Below are positions 8,918-17,274 of a stretch of 64,000 nt of DNA, piece by piece (position 1 is the first letter of the stretch; the number at the start of each line of letters is the position of its first letter). The stretch is from NCBI GenBank assembly GCA_964291625.2, contig OZ220089.1:1184001-1248000 (forward strand), written 5' to 3'. The notes beneath the pieces were generated by a model. That model searched no databases. It had not been told where the DNA came from and worked only from the letters and a program-made list of their open reading frames with translations. Source of the stretch: Candidatus Latescibacterota bacterium (GTDB lineage: Bacteria; Latescibacterota; UBA2968; UBA8231). The position numbers were made by a program, and so were the translations under genes.

Positions 8918-11353
8918 TCAACGGATCAACAGGATTCGTCGGGAGTCCGCTCCATGGGTCCAGGAGAGACGCACCAGGAACACCCCCGAGCCCAGGGATC
9001 TCCCGTCCAGAGAAACGTTATAGGTCCCGGGTTCCTGGAATTCGTCTACCAGTGTTGCCACTCGTTGACCCACTAGGTTGTATACCGACAAGGTTACTGG
9101 TCCGACTGCCCCCAGCCGATAGGATATCTGTGTTTGGGTGTTAAACGGGTTGGGGTAGTTCGGCAAGAGAACAGTTCGATCTGTCAATCCCGGCCCCGTC
9201 AACTCAACAGCCGTAGAGGTAGATAGAAAGGGCGACATATCCCACACGATTGTCTCCGCTCCATAGATACTGGAGGAGGAAACCAAGACACTCCCATCGC
9301 GTGAGAGTCTCAGGTCACTTATCCTCTCCAAATGGCTCCCAACCGAATCTACCGCGGTTCCGGAGCTTGTATCCCACACCATGATGTTCTTGGAGAACAG
9401 ACTCCTCGTGCCAATCATCAGCGATTGGTCAGGGGTAAAAGCAACCGGAATGTGCCAGTTGCACTCCTGGATAGTGGACAATGGCTCGAGGGTGTAAGCA
9501 TCCCACAGTCTTAGGACGTCCCCAAAGGCAACGCTGATCAATATGTCTCCATTGGGGGACAACTTTACGCAATGGACCTGTTCGGAATGCTCCCAAACAG
9601 CAATCCGGCTATTGTCCTGCGGATCCCAGACTTGGGTTGTGTTTTCAACCGCACAGGCCAGGAGACCGGTAGGCAGATACGTCAGACTCCGCGAATGCGT
9701 TTCTACCGGCCCCACACTCCCTGATTTGGTTCCGGTGGGGACATCCCACAAGACAATGGAACGGTCTTTGTTGGTAGTAGTCGCAAGGGTCTCCCCATCG
9801 GGAGAAAAATCCAGAGAGTAGACTGTCCCGTTAAGAGTCATGGATGATCTTGGTTGGGTGGCCCACACATCCCACAGAACCGCTCTTCTGCTGTTGTGAG
9901 AAACGGTCGCCAGGGTCTCTCCATCGGGAGAAAACACCAGTCTCCTGATCGCCGTGTTGTCTCCACCGGTCAGTTTTGCCTTCATGGTGCCGTCGGGACT
10001 CAGAAGTCCCACACTCCCTGCGGGAGAGGCACCAACATACACCGTAGTTCCGTCAGAAGACCAGTGAATGGGAGGATGGTATTTTATGTTAGGGTCTGCG
10101 GTAGTCAGCAACTCTCCCGTCTCCACATCCCAAAACTCAAGAACCGATCCCCCGTCAATAGTGGTCACCGTCCCTCCGTCCGGCGAGATTCCGAGCCCGT
10201 ACAAGTTGCGCGAGTAACCGCCCAAACCAACCTGCCTTTCATAGGTTTGGGCGTCCAGGATATGTACTGCTTTGCCGTCTGTAGACCCAACGGCCAGCTG
10301 ATTCTCGTAGGAGTCGAAAAACACATCTCCGAGAATGGAATCTTCAACGGGGACGGTAGCCCGAAGATCCCCAGTAGACACATCCCATACCCTCATAACA
10401 TTCCGACTCCCGGCCGCCAGCAGTCCGCCTGGAAGAAACTCCAGATCCGTAGTCCAAGGTTCGTTGTTGAGGATGAATCTTGGAGTTGAGGAAAGGGACA
10501 CCATATCCCATACGAAAACTTGATCTCCCCATACCCCCCCGCTGACAAGGACTGTTCCGTCGGGGGAAAACACCACAGTCCTGATCTCTCGGCTGTGTCC
10601 ACTAAGAGCAACTAACTGATTCTCCGTCTCTACGTCCCATATACGGATAACCGGACGGGCGTCGTCCCAATCGTGGGTTGCCAAGAGGGTTCCATCGGGG
10701 GAAAGGGCGACATTAGCAGCGTATCCGCTGCTGGGCTCGAAAGTGCGCAGTTCTTTCCCAGTGGATGCGTCCCACAAGCGCGCCTGAGCAGAACCGGTAA
10801 CCAGTGTTAGTCCATCCCGGGAAAACTCAATGTCCGAAACCGAGGTTCGGAGGACCAGCAACTCCTCTCCAGTCAGTGGATTCCACACCCGAGCGGTGGA
10901 TCCCCTGCCTCCGGTAGCCAGGAGCTTTCCGTCGGGGGAAAAGGCTATAGGACCATGCCCACTCAGGATCAACTTTCTCTCACCATTGGTTGCGTCCCAT
11001 AGGCTGATGGTTCCCTCTCCCGCGCTTGTTGCCAGGAGTCTCTTCCCGGGAGCAAAAACCATCCGAGGGCCATAAAAGGGGGAGTGGGTCTTCAGCAAGG
11101 CTGATGCTTCATAGGTTTCTGTGTCGTATAGCCAAATCCCCGCTCCGGTTGAAACCGCCAGTCGGGAACCATCATGGGAATAGGATGCGTTGTACAGGCT
11201 TCCTTGGCCCAGGTAATTGATCGCTCCGTTGGGCAATCCGAAGTCCTGGGCAAAGCAAGCAGATGCGCCCAAGAACACAAGGAACACCAATGCCCGTCGC
11301 CTTGGTTCAACCGCACCCGGCAATCGCGGTAGTGTTCTTTCCATTTTCCCCAT
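8918..11353 (-). CDS. Secreted WD40-repeat protein with C-terminal PNYPNPFN/FlgD-Ig (T9SS type A-like) domain
   Basis: Signal peptide; many FSPDG..LA(T/S)...WD repeats; STAVE linker then PNYPNPFN...YNLVGQ...SGVF; visibly lower GC than neighbours. Confidence 0.9.
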   Translation of the reverse strand: MGKMERTLPRLPGAVEPRRRALVFLVFLGASACFAQDFGLPNGAINYLGQGSLYNASYSHDGSRLAVSTGAGIWLYDTETYEASALLKTHSPFYGPRMVFAPGKRLLATSAGEGTISLWDATNGERKLILSGHGPIAFSPDGKLLATGGRGSTARVWNPLTGEELLVLRTSVSDIEFSRDGLTLVTGSAQARLWDASTGKELRTFEPSSGYAANVALSPDGTLLATHDWDDARPVIRIWDVETENQLVALSGHSREIRTVVFSPDGTVLVSGGVWGDQVFVWDMVSLSSTPRFILNNEPWTTDLEFLPGGLLAAGSRNVMRVWDVSTGDLRATVPVEDSILGDVFFDSYENQLAVGSTDGKAVHILDAQTYERQVGLGGYSRNLYGLGISPDGGTVTTIDGGSVLEFWDVETGELLTTADPNIKYHPPIHWSSDGTTVYVGASPAGSVGLLSPDGTMKAKLTGGDNTAIRRLVFSPDGETLATVSHNSRRAVLWDVWATQPRSSMTLNGTVYSLDFSPDGETLATTTNKDRSIVLWDVPTGTKSGSVGPVETHSRSLTYLPTGLLACAVENTTQVWDPQDNSRIAVWEHSEQVHCVKLSPNGDILISVAFGDVLRLWDAYTLEPLSTIQECNWHIPVAFTPDQSLMIGTRSLFSKNIMVWDTSSGTAVDSVGSHLERISDLRLSRDGSVLVSSSSIYGAETIVWDMSPFLSTSTAVELTGPGLTDRTVLLPNYPNPFNTQTQISYRLGAVGPVTLSVYNLVGQRVATLVDEFQEPGTYNVSLDGRSLGSGVFLVRLSWTHGADSRRILLIR

Positions 11354-11502
11354 TGGAACCCGATCGGGTCAGCGGAGCAGGGTGGGGCTTCCGCGTCCGA
11401 ATGGGTCTTGGTTGTAGCCAGTTGGGACAGACAAACCCCGCTCGCCAGGGGCGGCCCCGGCAAGAGACAGGGCGGGCTCCGTGAACCCCGCGCGGAACCG
11501 GC

Positions 11503-12960
11503 TCAGGCGGCGCCGGCGAGCGCCTCCCGCCCGAACCGCTCGACCGCCTCCAGGGTCTCGCGCACGTCGTCCCAGGTGGTGGTGTGGTTGAGGATGCACA
11601 GCCGCAGGGCGAAGGTCCCGTGAAGAAGGGTCGATGAGAAGAAGGCGCGGTCTTCCCAGAAGGCGCGGGCGAGCACCGTCTTGTTGATCTCCTCGAGCGC
11701 TCCTTCGCCGAGGTCGGTCTCGGCGGGCCGGATGCGGAAGCAGACGATCCCCAGGGACGCGGGATTGACGATCTCCAGGTCCGGACTCGCCCGGACGTAG
11801 CTCTCGGCCCGGGAGGCAAGCTCCATCCCCCGGGAGACGGCGCTGCGGAAGGCGGCCATCCCGAAGGTCTGGATCGACACCCAGACCTTCAGGGCTCGGA
11901 CCGAGCGGCTCAGTTGCAGGCCGCGGTCCGAGAAGTTCGGGTGATTGGCGCCCCATATGGTGTCCTGCAGGACATCGTGCTTGACCGCGAAAGCCCGCTC
12001 CAGGGCGCGCAGGTCTTTCACCATCAGGAGGCCCGCCTCGTAGGGCTGGAAGAACCACTTGTGGGCGTCCAGCCCGATCGAATCGGCGCGCTCGATCCCG
12101 CGCAGCAGCCCCCGGCCCTCCTCCGTGACGATCGCGAAGCCCCCGTACGCGGCGTCCACGTGCAGCCAGATCCCTTCGGCCTCGCAGAAGTCGGCCATCT
12201 CTTCGAGGGGGTCGATCGACCCGGTGCTGGCCGCCCCGGCGTTGGCGCATGCGGCGATGGGGTTGAATCCGGCCGCGCGGTCGTCGGCGACGGCCCGCGC
12301 GAGGGCCGCCACGTCCAGGCGGAATCGCCGGTCGGTGGGAACCATGCGGATGCACTCCGGGCGGACGCCGACGATCCTCGCCGCGCGGACGTGGGCGCTG
12401 TGGCTCTGGTCGCTCATGTACACGGTCGCGCGCTCGGGGTGGCCGGCCTCTTCCCGGGCCGCGACGAAGGCGTCGAGGCTGGCCGCCGAGCCCCCGCTCG
12501 TGAACAGCCCGCCCGCGGTCTCCGGGTAGCCGAGCCAGCCCCGGACCCAGTCGAGGACGACCAGCTCGAGCTGACTCGGACCGCTCGAGGTCAGCCAGGT
12601 GCACTGGTTGACCTGGTACCCGGCGACCATGAAGTCGGCCAGCACTCCCGGCCAGGTGGTCGACGAGGGGATGAACCCGAAGAACCGGGGGTGATCGATC
12701 CGCGCCGCCACCGGCAGGATCTGTCGGGCGGCGCGCTCCAGGACCTCGGCCGCGGGACGGCCGTTCTCCGGCGGGTCCTCCGCCAGTTGGGCCTCCAGCT
12801 CCTGCCGGAAGTCCCCCTCCCAGGCGCTCTCCCGGGGCAGGCTCTCGATCCGCTCCACGATGAGCCGGGCCGTCTTTTCCGCCAGTTCGAGCATCTCCTC
12901 GGGAGGCATGCTCAGACCGTCGCGCGGGATGCTCTCGTCTTGTTTTGAGTCGTCTGGCAA
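11503..12960 (-). CDS. Group II PLP-dependent (aromatic amino acid/glutamate-type) decarboxylase
   Basis: HPRFFGFIP, FTSGGS, SDQSHSA, WLHVDAAYGG, DSIGLDAHKW (PLP lysine); AAGGAG RBS before TTG. Confidence 0.92.
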   Translation of the reverse strand: MPDDSKQDESIPRDGLSMPPEEMLELAEKTARLIVERIESLPRESAWEGDFRQELEAQLAEDPPENGRPAAEVLERAARQILPVAARIDHPRFFGFIPSSTTWPGVLADFMVAGYQVNQCTWLTSSGPSQLELVVLDWVRGWLGYPETAGGLFTSGGSAASLDAFVAAREEAGHPERATVYMSDQSHSAHVRAARIVGVRPECIRMVPTDRRFRLDVAALARAVADDRAAGFNPIAACANAGAASTGSIDPLEEMADFCEAEGIWLHVDAAYGGFAIVTEEGRGLLRGIERADSIGLDAHKWFFQPYEAGLLMVKDLRALERAFAVKHDVLQDTIWGANHPNFSDRGLQLSRSVRALKVWVSIQTFGMAAFRSAVSRGMELASRAESYVRASPDLEIVNPASLGIVCFRIRPAETDLGEGALEEINKTVLARAFWEDRAFFSSTLLHGTFALRLCILNHTTTWDDVRETLEAVERFGREALAGAA

Positions 12961-13056
12961 CTGGTGCTCCTTGTTGGTCCGCCGCGCAATGGCGGAGTGA
13001 ACGGAAACAAGGTAGAGAATCCGGGGACATGGAGGCGACAGCGCGGGGCCCCGGGG

Positions 13057-13101
13057 TTGACAGGCCCCCGGCCTCCTCTATACTAAACGCCGTTTAGTAT
13101 A
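13057..13101 (+). promoter_or_regulatory. sigma70-type promoter of padR-arsM with overlapping perfect palindromic operator
   Basis: TTGACA (13057-13062)-N16-TATACT (13079-13084); perfect inverted repeat TATACTAAACG-C-CGTTTAGTATA (13079-13101). Confidence 0.85.
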
Positions 13102-13126
13102 CGCCATTGGACCTTGAGGAGAGAGC

Positions 13127-13501
13127 ATGTCCGAGATGAACGGCGAGCGGTACTGGGAGAGCCTGGTGAAGAAGGGCCTCTGCCGGTTCCAGCTCCTCGC
13201 CCAACTGGCCAAGGGTCCGCTCCACGGCTATGCCGTCAACCAGGCCATCAAGGAAGCGTGCCAGGGGTGCTGCGAACCGACGGAGGCGATGGTGTACTCG
13301 ACCCTGAGGGAGCTCCGGGACCACGGCTACGTGGAGAGCCGCACGGAGAAACACCAGGGAAGACGCCGGAGCATCTGCTGGCTGACGCCGGCAGGGGAAG
13401 AGGCGTTCCAGTCGGCCGCCAGGGTCTGGAAGCGGATGTTGCCGACAGTGCAGGACTGCGTTGCCCAGGCAGGTGCAAAGGAGGCCGGATATGGCTGCTG
13501 A
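13127..13501 (+). CDS. PadR-family transcriptional regulator with CQGCC motif
   Basis: GPLHGYAV...AMVYSTLREL..GYV...RRR...LTPAGEE winged-helix PadR pattern; GAGGAG RBS. Confidence 0.88.
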   Translation: MSEMNGERYWESLVKKGLCRFQLLAQLAKGPLHGYAVNQAIKEACQGCCEPTEAMVYSTLRELRDHGYVESRTEKHQGRRRSICWLTPAGEEAFQSAARVWKRMLPTVQDCVAQAGAKEAGYGC

Positions 13502-14306
13502 GCAGGACCACATCAAGGAACAGGTCAGGGCGCGGTACGGGGCCCACGCCCGGCGGGTCGTGGCGAAGGACGACACGGGCGGCTGCTGCGAGCCGGCCCC
13601 CGCCGGCTGCGACTCGGCCGCCTCATCCTGCTGTGAGCCCGGGGATCTGGCCCACGCCATGCGGCTCTACACCGAGGGCGAGATGGAGGGCCTGCCCACC
13701 GAAGCGCTGGCCGCCTCGGCCGGATGCGGCAACCCGACGGCCCTGGCGGGACTTCGCGCCGGGGAGAGGGTGCTCGACCTCGGTTCCGGCGGCGGTCTCG
13801 ACTGCTTCCTGGCGGCGCGGCAGGTCGGCGAGACCGGGCGGGTCACGGGGCTGGACATGACCCCGGAGATGCTGGAGCTGGCCCGCAAGAACCAGACCGC
13901 CCACGGCTTCACCAACGTCGAGTTCGTCCAGGGTCAGATGGAGTCGATGCCCCTGCCCGGCGATTCCTTCGACGTCATCATCTCCAACTGCGTGGTCTGC
14001 CTGTCGCCCGACAAGGACGCCGTCTTCAGCGAGAGCTTCCGGGTCCTGGCCCCCGGCGGACGCATCCACCTGTCCGACGTGCTCGCCCTCACGCCCGGAC
14101 GCCCGTCATCCGGCGCCGACGCCGAGGACTGGGTGGCCTGCGCCGCGGGAGCCGAGCACCACGAGGTCTACGTCGACCGCCTGCGCCGCGCCGGTTTCGA
14201 GGAGATCGCCATCACCGGCGAAGGAATCGAGTTCCGGGACGAGTCGGAGAAGGACGCGTACCCCGGTACGGCCAGCTTCAAAGTGACGGCGCGCAAGCCG
14301 GCTTGA
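13491..14306 (+). CDS. arsM: Arsenite S-adenosylmethionine methyltransferase
   Basis: [11 protein letters not shown]-terminal CC pairs, [35 protein letters not shown]. Confidence 0.9.
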   Translation: MAAEQDHIKEQVRARYGAHARRVVAKDDTGGCCEPAPAGCDSAASSCCEPGDLAHAMRLYTEGEMEGLPTEALAASAGCGNPTALAGLRAGERVLDLGSGGGLDCFLAARQVGETGRVTGLDMTPEMLELARKNQTAHGFTNVEFVQGQMESMPLPGDSFDVIISNCVVCLSPDKDAVFSESFRVLAPGGRIHLSDVLALTPGRPSSGADAEDWVACAAGAEHHEVYVDRLRRAGFEEIAITGEGIEFRDESEKDAYPGTASFKVTARKPA

Positions 14307-14309
14307 GGT

Positions 14310-14876
14310 CTACGTCCCACCCTTGACCTGCCCCCAGGACTCGATCGTGACCTTCGTGGAAACGGATCCCGGATAGAAGCCGGAGGCCAGGATGACATCC
14401 CCATGGGGCGTGGACCAGGGGATGGCGTAGCTCACCTTGGGCGAGCCGGTCTCCTCGTCCCCCTCTACCGCCGGATCGTCGAAGAGATACTCGACGAACC
14501 CACCCCCCTCGGCCGCCGCCTCGATCAGCTCCCGGGTGAACCTGACACCGTTGGAATCCTCGAGGTCGATCAGGTTCCGGTCCTCGAGGTCCGGGTTCCC
14601 TCCGTGAAGGATGACGGTGCCATCCTCAGCCAGGACGAAGAGGTAGATCGATCCCTGCTTCCAGGCTTCATCGGCCCGGAATCCCTCCATGACGGCCAGG
14701 CACTCTGCAGCGCTGGTGGATTTGCCCCCGTACGCCGCCGCCGACAGCACGAACTCCTTCAAGCTCTCCCGGTCCACCACGTCACCGGCCTTGATCTCCG
14801 TGTGATGCGCCAGCGCGGGCTGCGCGGCCGGCATCAGAGCGGTCAGCGTCAACAGGATCCCTCCAAGACGCTTCAT
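14310..14876 (-). CDS. Stand-alone secreted single Cache-domain protein with C-terminal ESWGQVK tag
   Basis: Signal peptide; WKQGSIYLFV, LHGGNP, DLEDSNG, GGGFVEY, PKVSYA, SGFY (sCache_2-like); no TM anchor or output domain. Confidence 0.85.
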   Translation of the reverse strand: MKRLGGILLTLTALMPAAQPALAHHTEIKAGDVVDRESLKEFVLSAAAYGGKSTSAAECLAVMEGFRADEAWKQGSIYLFVLAEDGTVILHGGNPDLEDRNLIDLEDSNGVRFTRELIEAAAEGGGFVEYLFDDPAVEGDEETGSPKVSYAIPWSTPHGDVILASGFYPGSVSTKVTIESWGQVKGGT

Positions 14877-14941
14877 GACGTTTCTCCTTCTGCAAGCGGA
14901 TACGTCCGATCCTGCCGTCTCTCGGCAGATGGCCGTTCTCT

Positions 14942-14958
14942 CGCAGAATCCGTGCCAA
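14942..14958 (-). promoter_or_regulatory. sigma54 (-24/-12) promoter for the Cache gene at 14876
   Basis: Minus strand TTGGCACGGATTCTGCG = TGGCACG-N4-CTGC with GG-N10-GC spacing, ~65 bp upstream of ATG. Confidence 0.7.
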
Positions 14959-14988
14959 CTCCTTGCGGTAATGGGCCAATACCCTGCG

Positions 14989-15001
14989 TATCAAGGAGTT
15001 G
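14989..15001 (+). promoter_or_regulatory. IHF-binding site
   Basis: TATCAAGGAGTTG is an exact match to WATCAANNNNTTR, just upstream of the sigma54 promoter. Confidence 0.6.
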
Positions 15002-15099
15002 CGGTAGAATGACGAACTTCGAAAGGGCTCCTGAAGGTATGGCGAAGTGTGACAGTCAACCGCCCGGGAGACCCGTTCTCCTGTCCGTCAAAGAGGCCG

Positions 15100-15112
15100 C
15101 AACTCGTTGATT
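15100..15112 (-). promoter_or_regulatory. Second IHF-binding site
   Basis: Minus strand AATCAACGAGTTG matches WATCAANNNNTTR. Confidence 0.5.
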
Positions 15113-15471
15113 TCCAGGCAGTTGGAGGAAGAGGCCGAGACCGCCGCAGTGATTTGTATCAGCTTGCACCACGTGAACATCCCTCCGCTCGCAACCGGGA
15201 CCGACAGCCGCGGGGACGCGGGTTGGGTGGCGCTCCGCCCGTGGAGAGGCCGGCCATCCCCTGCTTCTCGCGGCGCCGCTCCCGGTTGTGCAGCCCGGGG
15301 TCCATGATCTCGTGACCGACCGAGCCCCGGGGCTGGCGCATCCTCTCACCCCTTGACGCGGTCTCGTCCTCGTGCAGGACGAGGCGCTTGCCGCAGACCT
15401 CCCTGCATTCGTCCTTAGGGCGCGTCCGCAGGATGACCTCCCCCTTCTTCATGCCGAGAGCGAGTTGCTCG

Positions 15472-16077
15472 ATGGACAGGACCGCCCGCACCGCCCGCCC
15501 CATCCACCCCCTGCTGAGCCAGCGCTGGAGCCCCCGCGCCTTTGCCGACCGCCCCGTGGAGCCGGCCAAGCTCGTCGCTCTCCTCGAAGCGGCCCGCTGG
15601 GCACCTTCCTCCTACAACGAACAGCCCTGGCACTTCATCGTCGCTCCCAAAGCCGAGACCGAGTCGTTCGACCGACTCCTGGGCTGCCTCTCGCGCGGCA
15701 ATGCCAGCTGGGCCGGCAAGGCCCCGGTGCTCATGCTGGCGGTGGCCCAGCTGCTTGACGAAGATGGCGATCCCAACCGCCACGCCTTCTACGACGTGGG
15801 CCAGGCCGTGGCGCAAATGGCCCTCCAGGCTCTCGATCTTGGATTGTACATGCACCAGATGGCCGGCTTCGACGTGGAGAAGGCACAGCAGGTCTTTGCG
15901 GTCCCGGCGCAGTTCGAGCCCGCCGCGGCGATCGCCCTGGGCTACCTCGGTGACCCGGCCGGTCTGCCCGAACGCTACCGGGAGGGAGAGGCCCGGCCCC
16001 GCAGCCGCAAGCCCTTGGCCGAGTTCGTCTTCGCCGGCCAGTGGGGGCAGGCCTCACCGCTCGCGGTCGAGGAGTGA
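15472..16077 (+). CDS. Nitroreductase-family protein
   Basis: RWSPRAF, EAARWAPSSYNEQPW, YDVGQA, HQMAGFD, ALGY, RSRKPL. Confidence 0.92.
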   Translation: MDRTARTARPIHPLLSQRWSPRAFADRPVEPAKLVALLEAARWAPSSYNEQPWHFIVAPKAETESFDRLLGCLSRGNASWAGKAPVLMLAVAQLLDEDGDPNRHAFYDVGQAVAQMALQALDLGLYMHQMAGFDVEKAQQVFAVPAQFEPAAAIALGYLGDPAGLPERYREGEARPRSRKPLAEFVFAGQWGQASPLAVEE

Positions 16078-16084
16078 TGTAGTT

Positions 16085-16130
16085 CGGGGGGCGTCCGCGG
16101 GCTGTCGCGAGCCCTGTCGGATGCCCCCCG
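16085..16130. terminator. GC-rich hairpin between convergent genes (possible bidirectional terminator)
   Basis: CGGGGGGCGTCCG...CGGATGCCCCCCG stem with inner GGGCT/AGCCC; no clear U-tract. Confidence 0.5.
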
Positions 16131-16158
16131 GCACTTCACCCGCCAGGAGTGACCGCGT

Positions 16159-16728
16159 CTACAGTCGGCCCTTCAACTGTCCCCAGGACTCTCCCGTCAC
16201 CGCCGTGGCCGGGGCTTCCGGATAGAAGCCGGCGCCCACGGTGACATCCTGGCCGAAGGCGGAGAAGGGGACGACGTAGCTCACCTTGGGCGAGCCGGTC
16301 TCCTCGTCCCCCTCGATCGCGGGATTGTCGAACAGATACTCGACGAAGCCGCCCCCGTCGGCCGCCGCGGCGAGGAGCTCCTGGGTGTACTTGACGCCAT
16401 TGGAGTCCTCCGAGTCATAGATGTTCCGGCCCTCGAGATCCTGGTTCGCACCGTGAAAGAAGAGGGTGCCATCCGGAAGCAGGACGAAGACGTAGATCGC
16501 CCCCTGCCTCCAGCGCCCCTCGACCCGGAACTCCTGCAGGACACCCTGGTACTCGGCCAGGGTCGCGGCCTGCTCGACGTAGGCAACCGCCGCGTGGACG
16601 AAGTCCCTCAGGGTTTCCCGGTCCACCACGTCGGCCGCCGTGATCTCCGAGTCCTGGGCGGAGGCGGGATGGGCGGCAGTACAGAGGGCGGTCAGGGCTA
16701 TGATGGTTGCTGATGTCAGACGTTTCAT
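16159..16728 (-). CDS. Stand-alone secreted single Cache-domain protein with C-terminal ESWGQLK tag
   Basis: ATG 16728 (MKRLTSATII) with GAGGGG RBS; paralog of 14310-14876. Confidence 0.85.
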   Translation of the reverse strand: MKRLTSATIIALTALCTAAHPASAQDSEITAADVVDRETLRDFVHAAVAYVEQAATLAEYQGVLQEFRVEGRWRQGAIYVFVLLPDGTLFFHGANQDLEGRNIYDSEDSNGVKYTQELLAAAADGGGFVEYLFDNPAIEGDEETGSPKVSYVVPFSAFGQDVTVGAGFYPEAPATAVTGESWGQLKGRL

Positions 16729-16840
16729 GGTCTTCTCCCCTCTTGCCTGAGATGCTCTGAGAATGAGAGCGGCCGGGGGATTTCTGGCAAGGCCGGAGGG
16801 CTGCCGGCATCCCATCCAGCCCCGAGGCCACAACATGGCC

Positions 16841-16869
16841 TTGACGGCATATGCTTCCGAGGACATATT
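16841..16869 (+). promoter_or_regulatory. sigma70-type promoter with ATATG-N10-CATAT inverted repeat upstream of XRE gene
   Basis: TTGACG-N17-CATATT; ATATG 16849-16853 / CATAT 16864-16868. Confidence 0.55.
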
Positions 16870-16899
16870 CGCCCGGCCGCCAACCGAGGGAGGTGCGCG

Positions 16900-17250
16900 A
16901 TGCCAGTGAAGGTGGAAGAGAAGATCGCGCGGCTCGATCCCGCCCGTCGCCGCAAGGTCGACGATCGAGCGGCCGAGCTGCTTGCCGAGGAGATGAGCCT
17001 GCGTGAGCTGCGCAAGGCCCGGCGGCTCACCCAGGCTCACCTCGCGAGCGAGCTGGGTATCTCGCAGGACGGCATCTCCCGGCTCGAGCAGCGAAGCGAC
17101 CTGCTGCTCTCGACGTTGCGCAAGACGGTGGAGGCCATGGGCGGCAGCCTGTCGCTCATCGCCAGGTTTCCCGACCGTCCGCCGGTCGAGTTGTTCAGCC
17201 CCAACGGACGCCCTCCGTCGGGGACCTCCAGGGCCAAGCCCGATGCCTGA
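16900..17250 (+). CDS. XRE-family HTH protein (HigA-like antitoxin type)
   Basis: LRELRKARRLTQ..LA..LGISQ..ISRLEQRSDLLLSTLRK.VEAMGG.L.L.A.FPD. Confidence 0.88.
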   Translation: MPVKVEEKIARLDPARRRKVDDRAAELLAEEMSLRELRKARRLTQAHLASELGISQDGISRLEQRSDLLLSTLRKTVEAMGGSLSLIARFPDRPPVELFSPNGRPPSGTSRAKPDA

Positions 17251-17274
17251 GGACCGGGAACTGAGCGCAAGAGC

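Noticed and set aside
8918-9200. Claim of a bona fide type IX secretion system
   Set aside because: Only CTD-like tails are visible; no T9SS machinery genes are in this window
15361-15385. Hairpin CTCGTCCT-N5-AGGACGAG upstream of the nitroreductase as riboswitch or operator
   Set aside because: A single short stem in GC-rich DNA with no recognisable aptamer or matching -10
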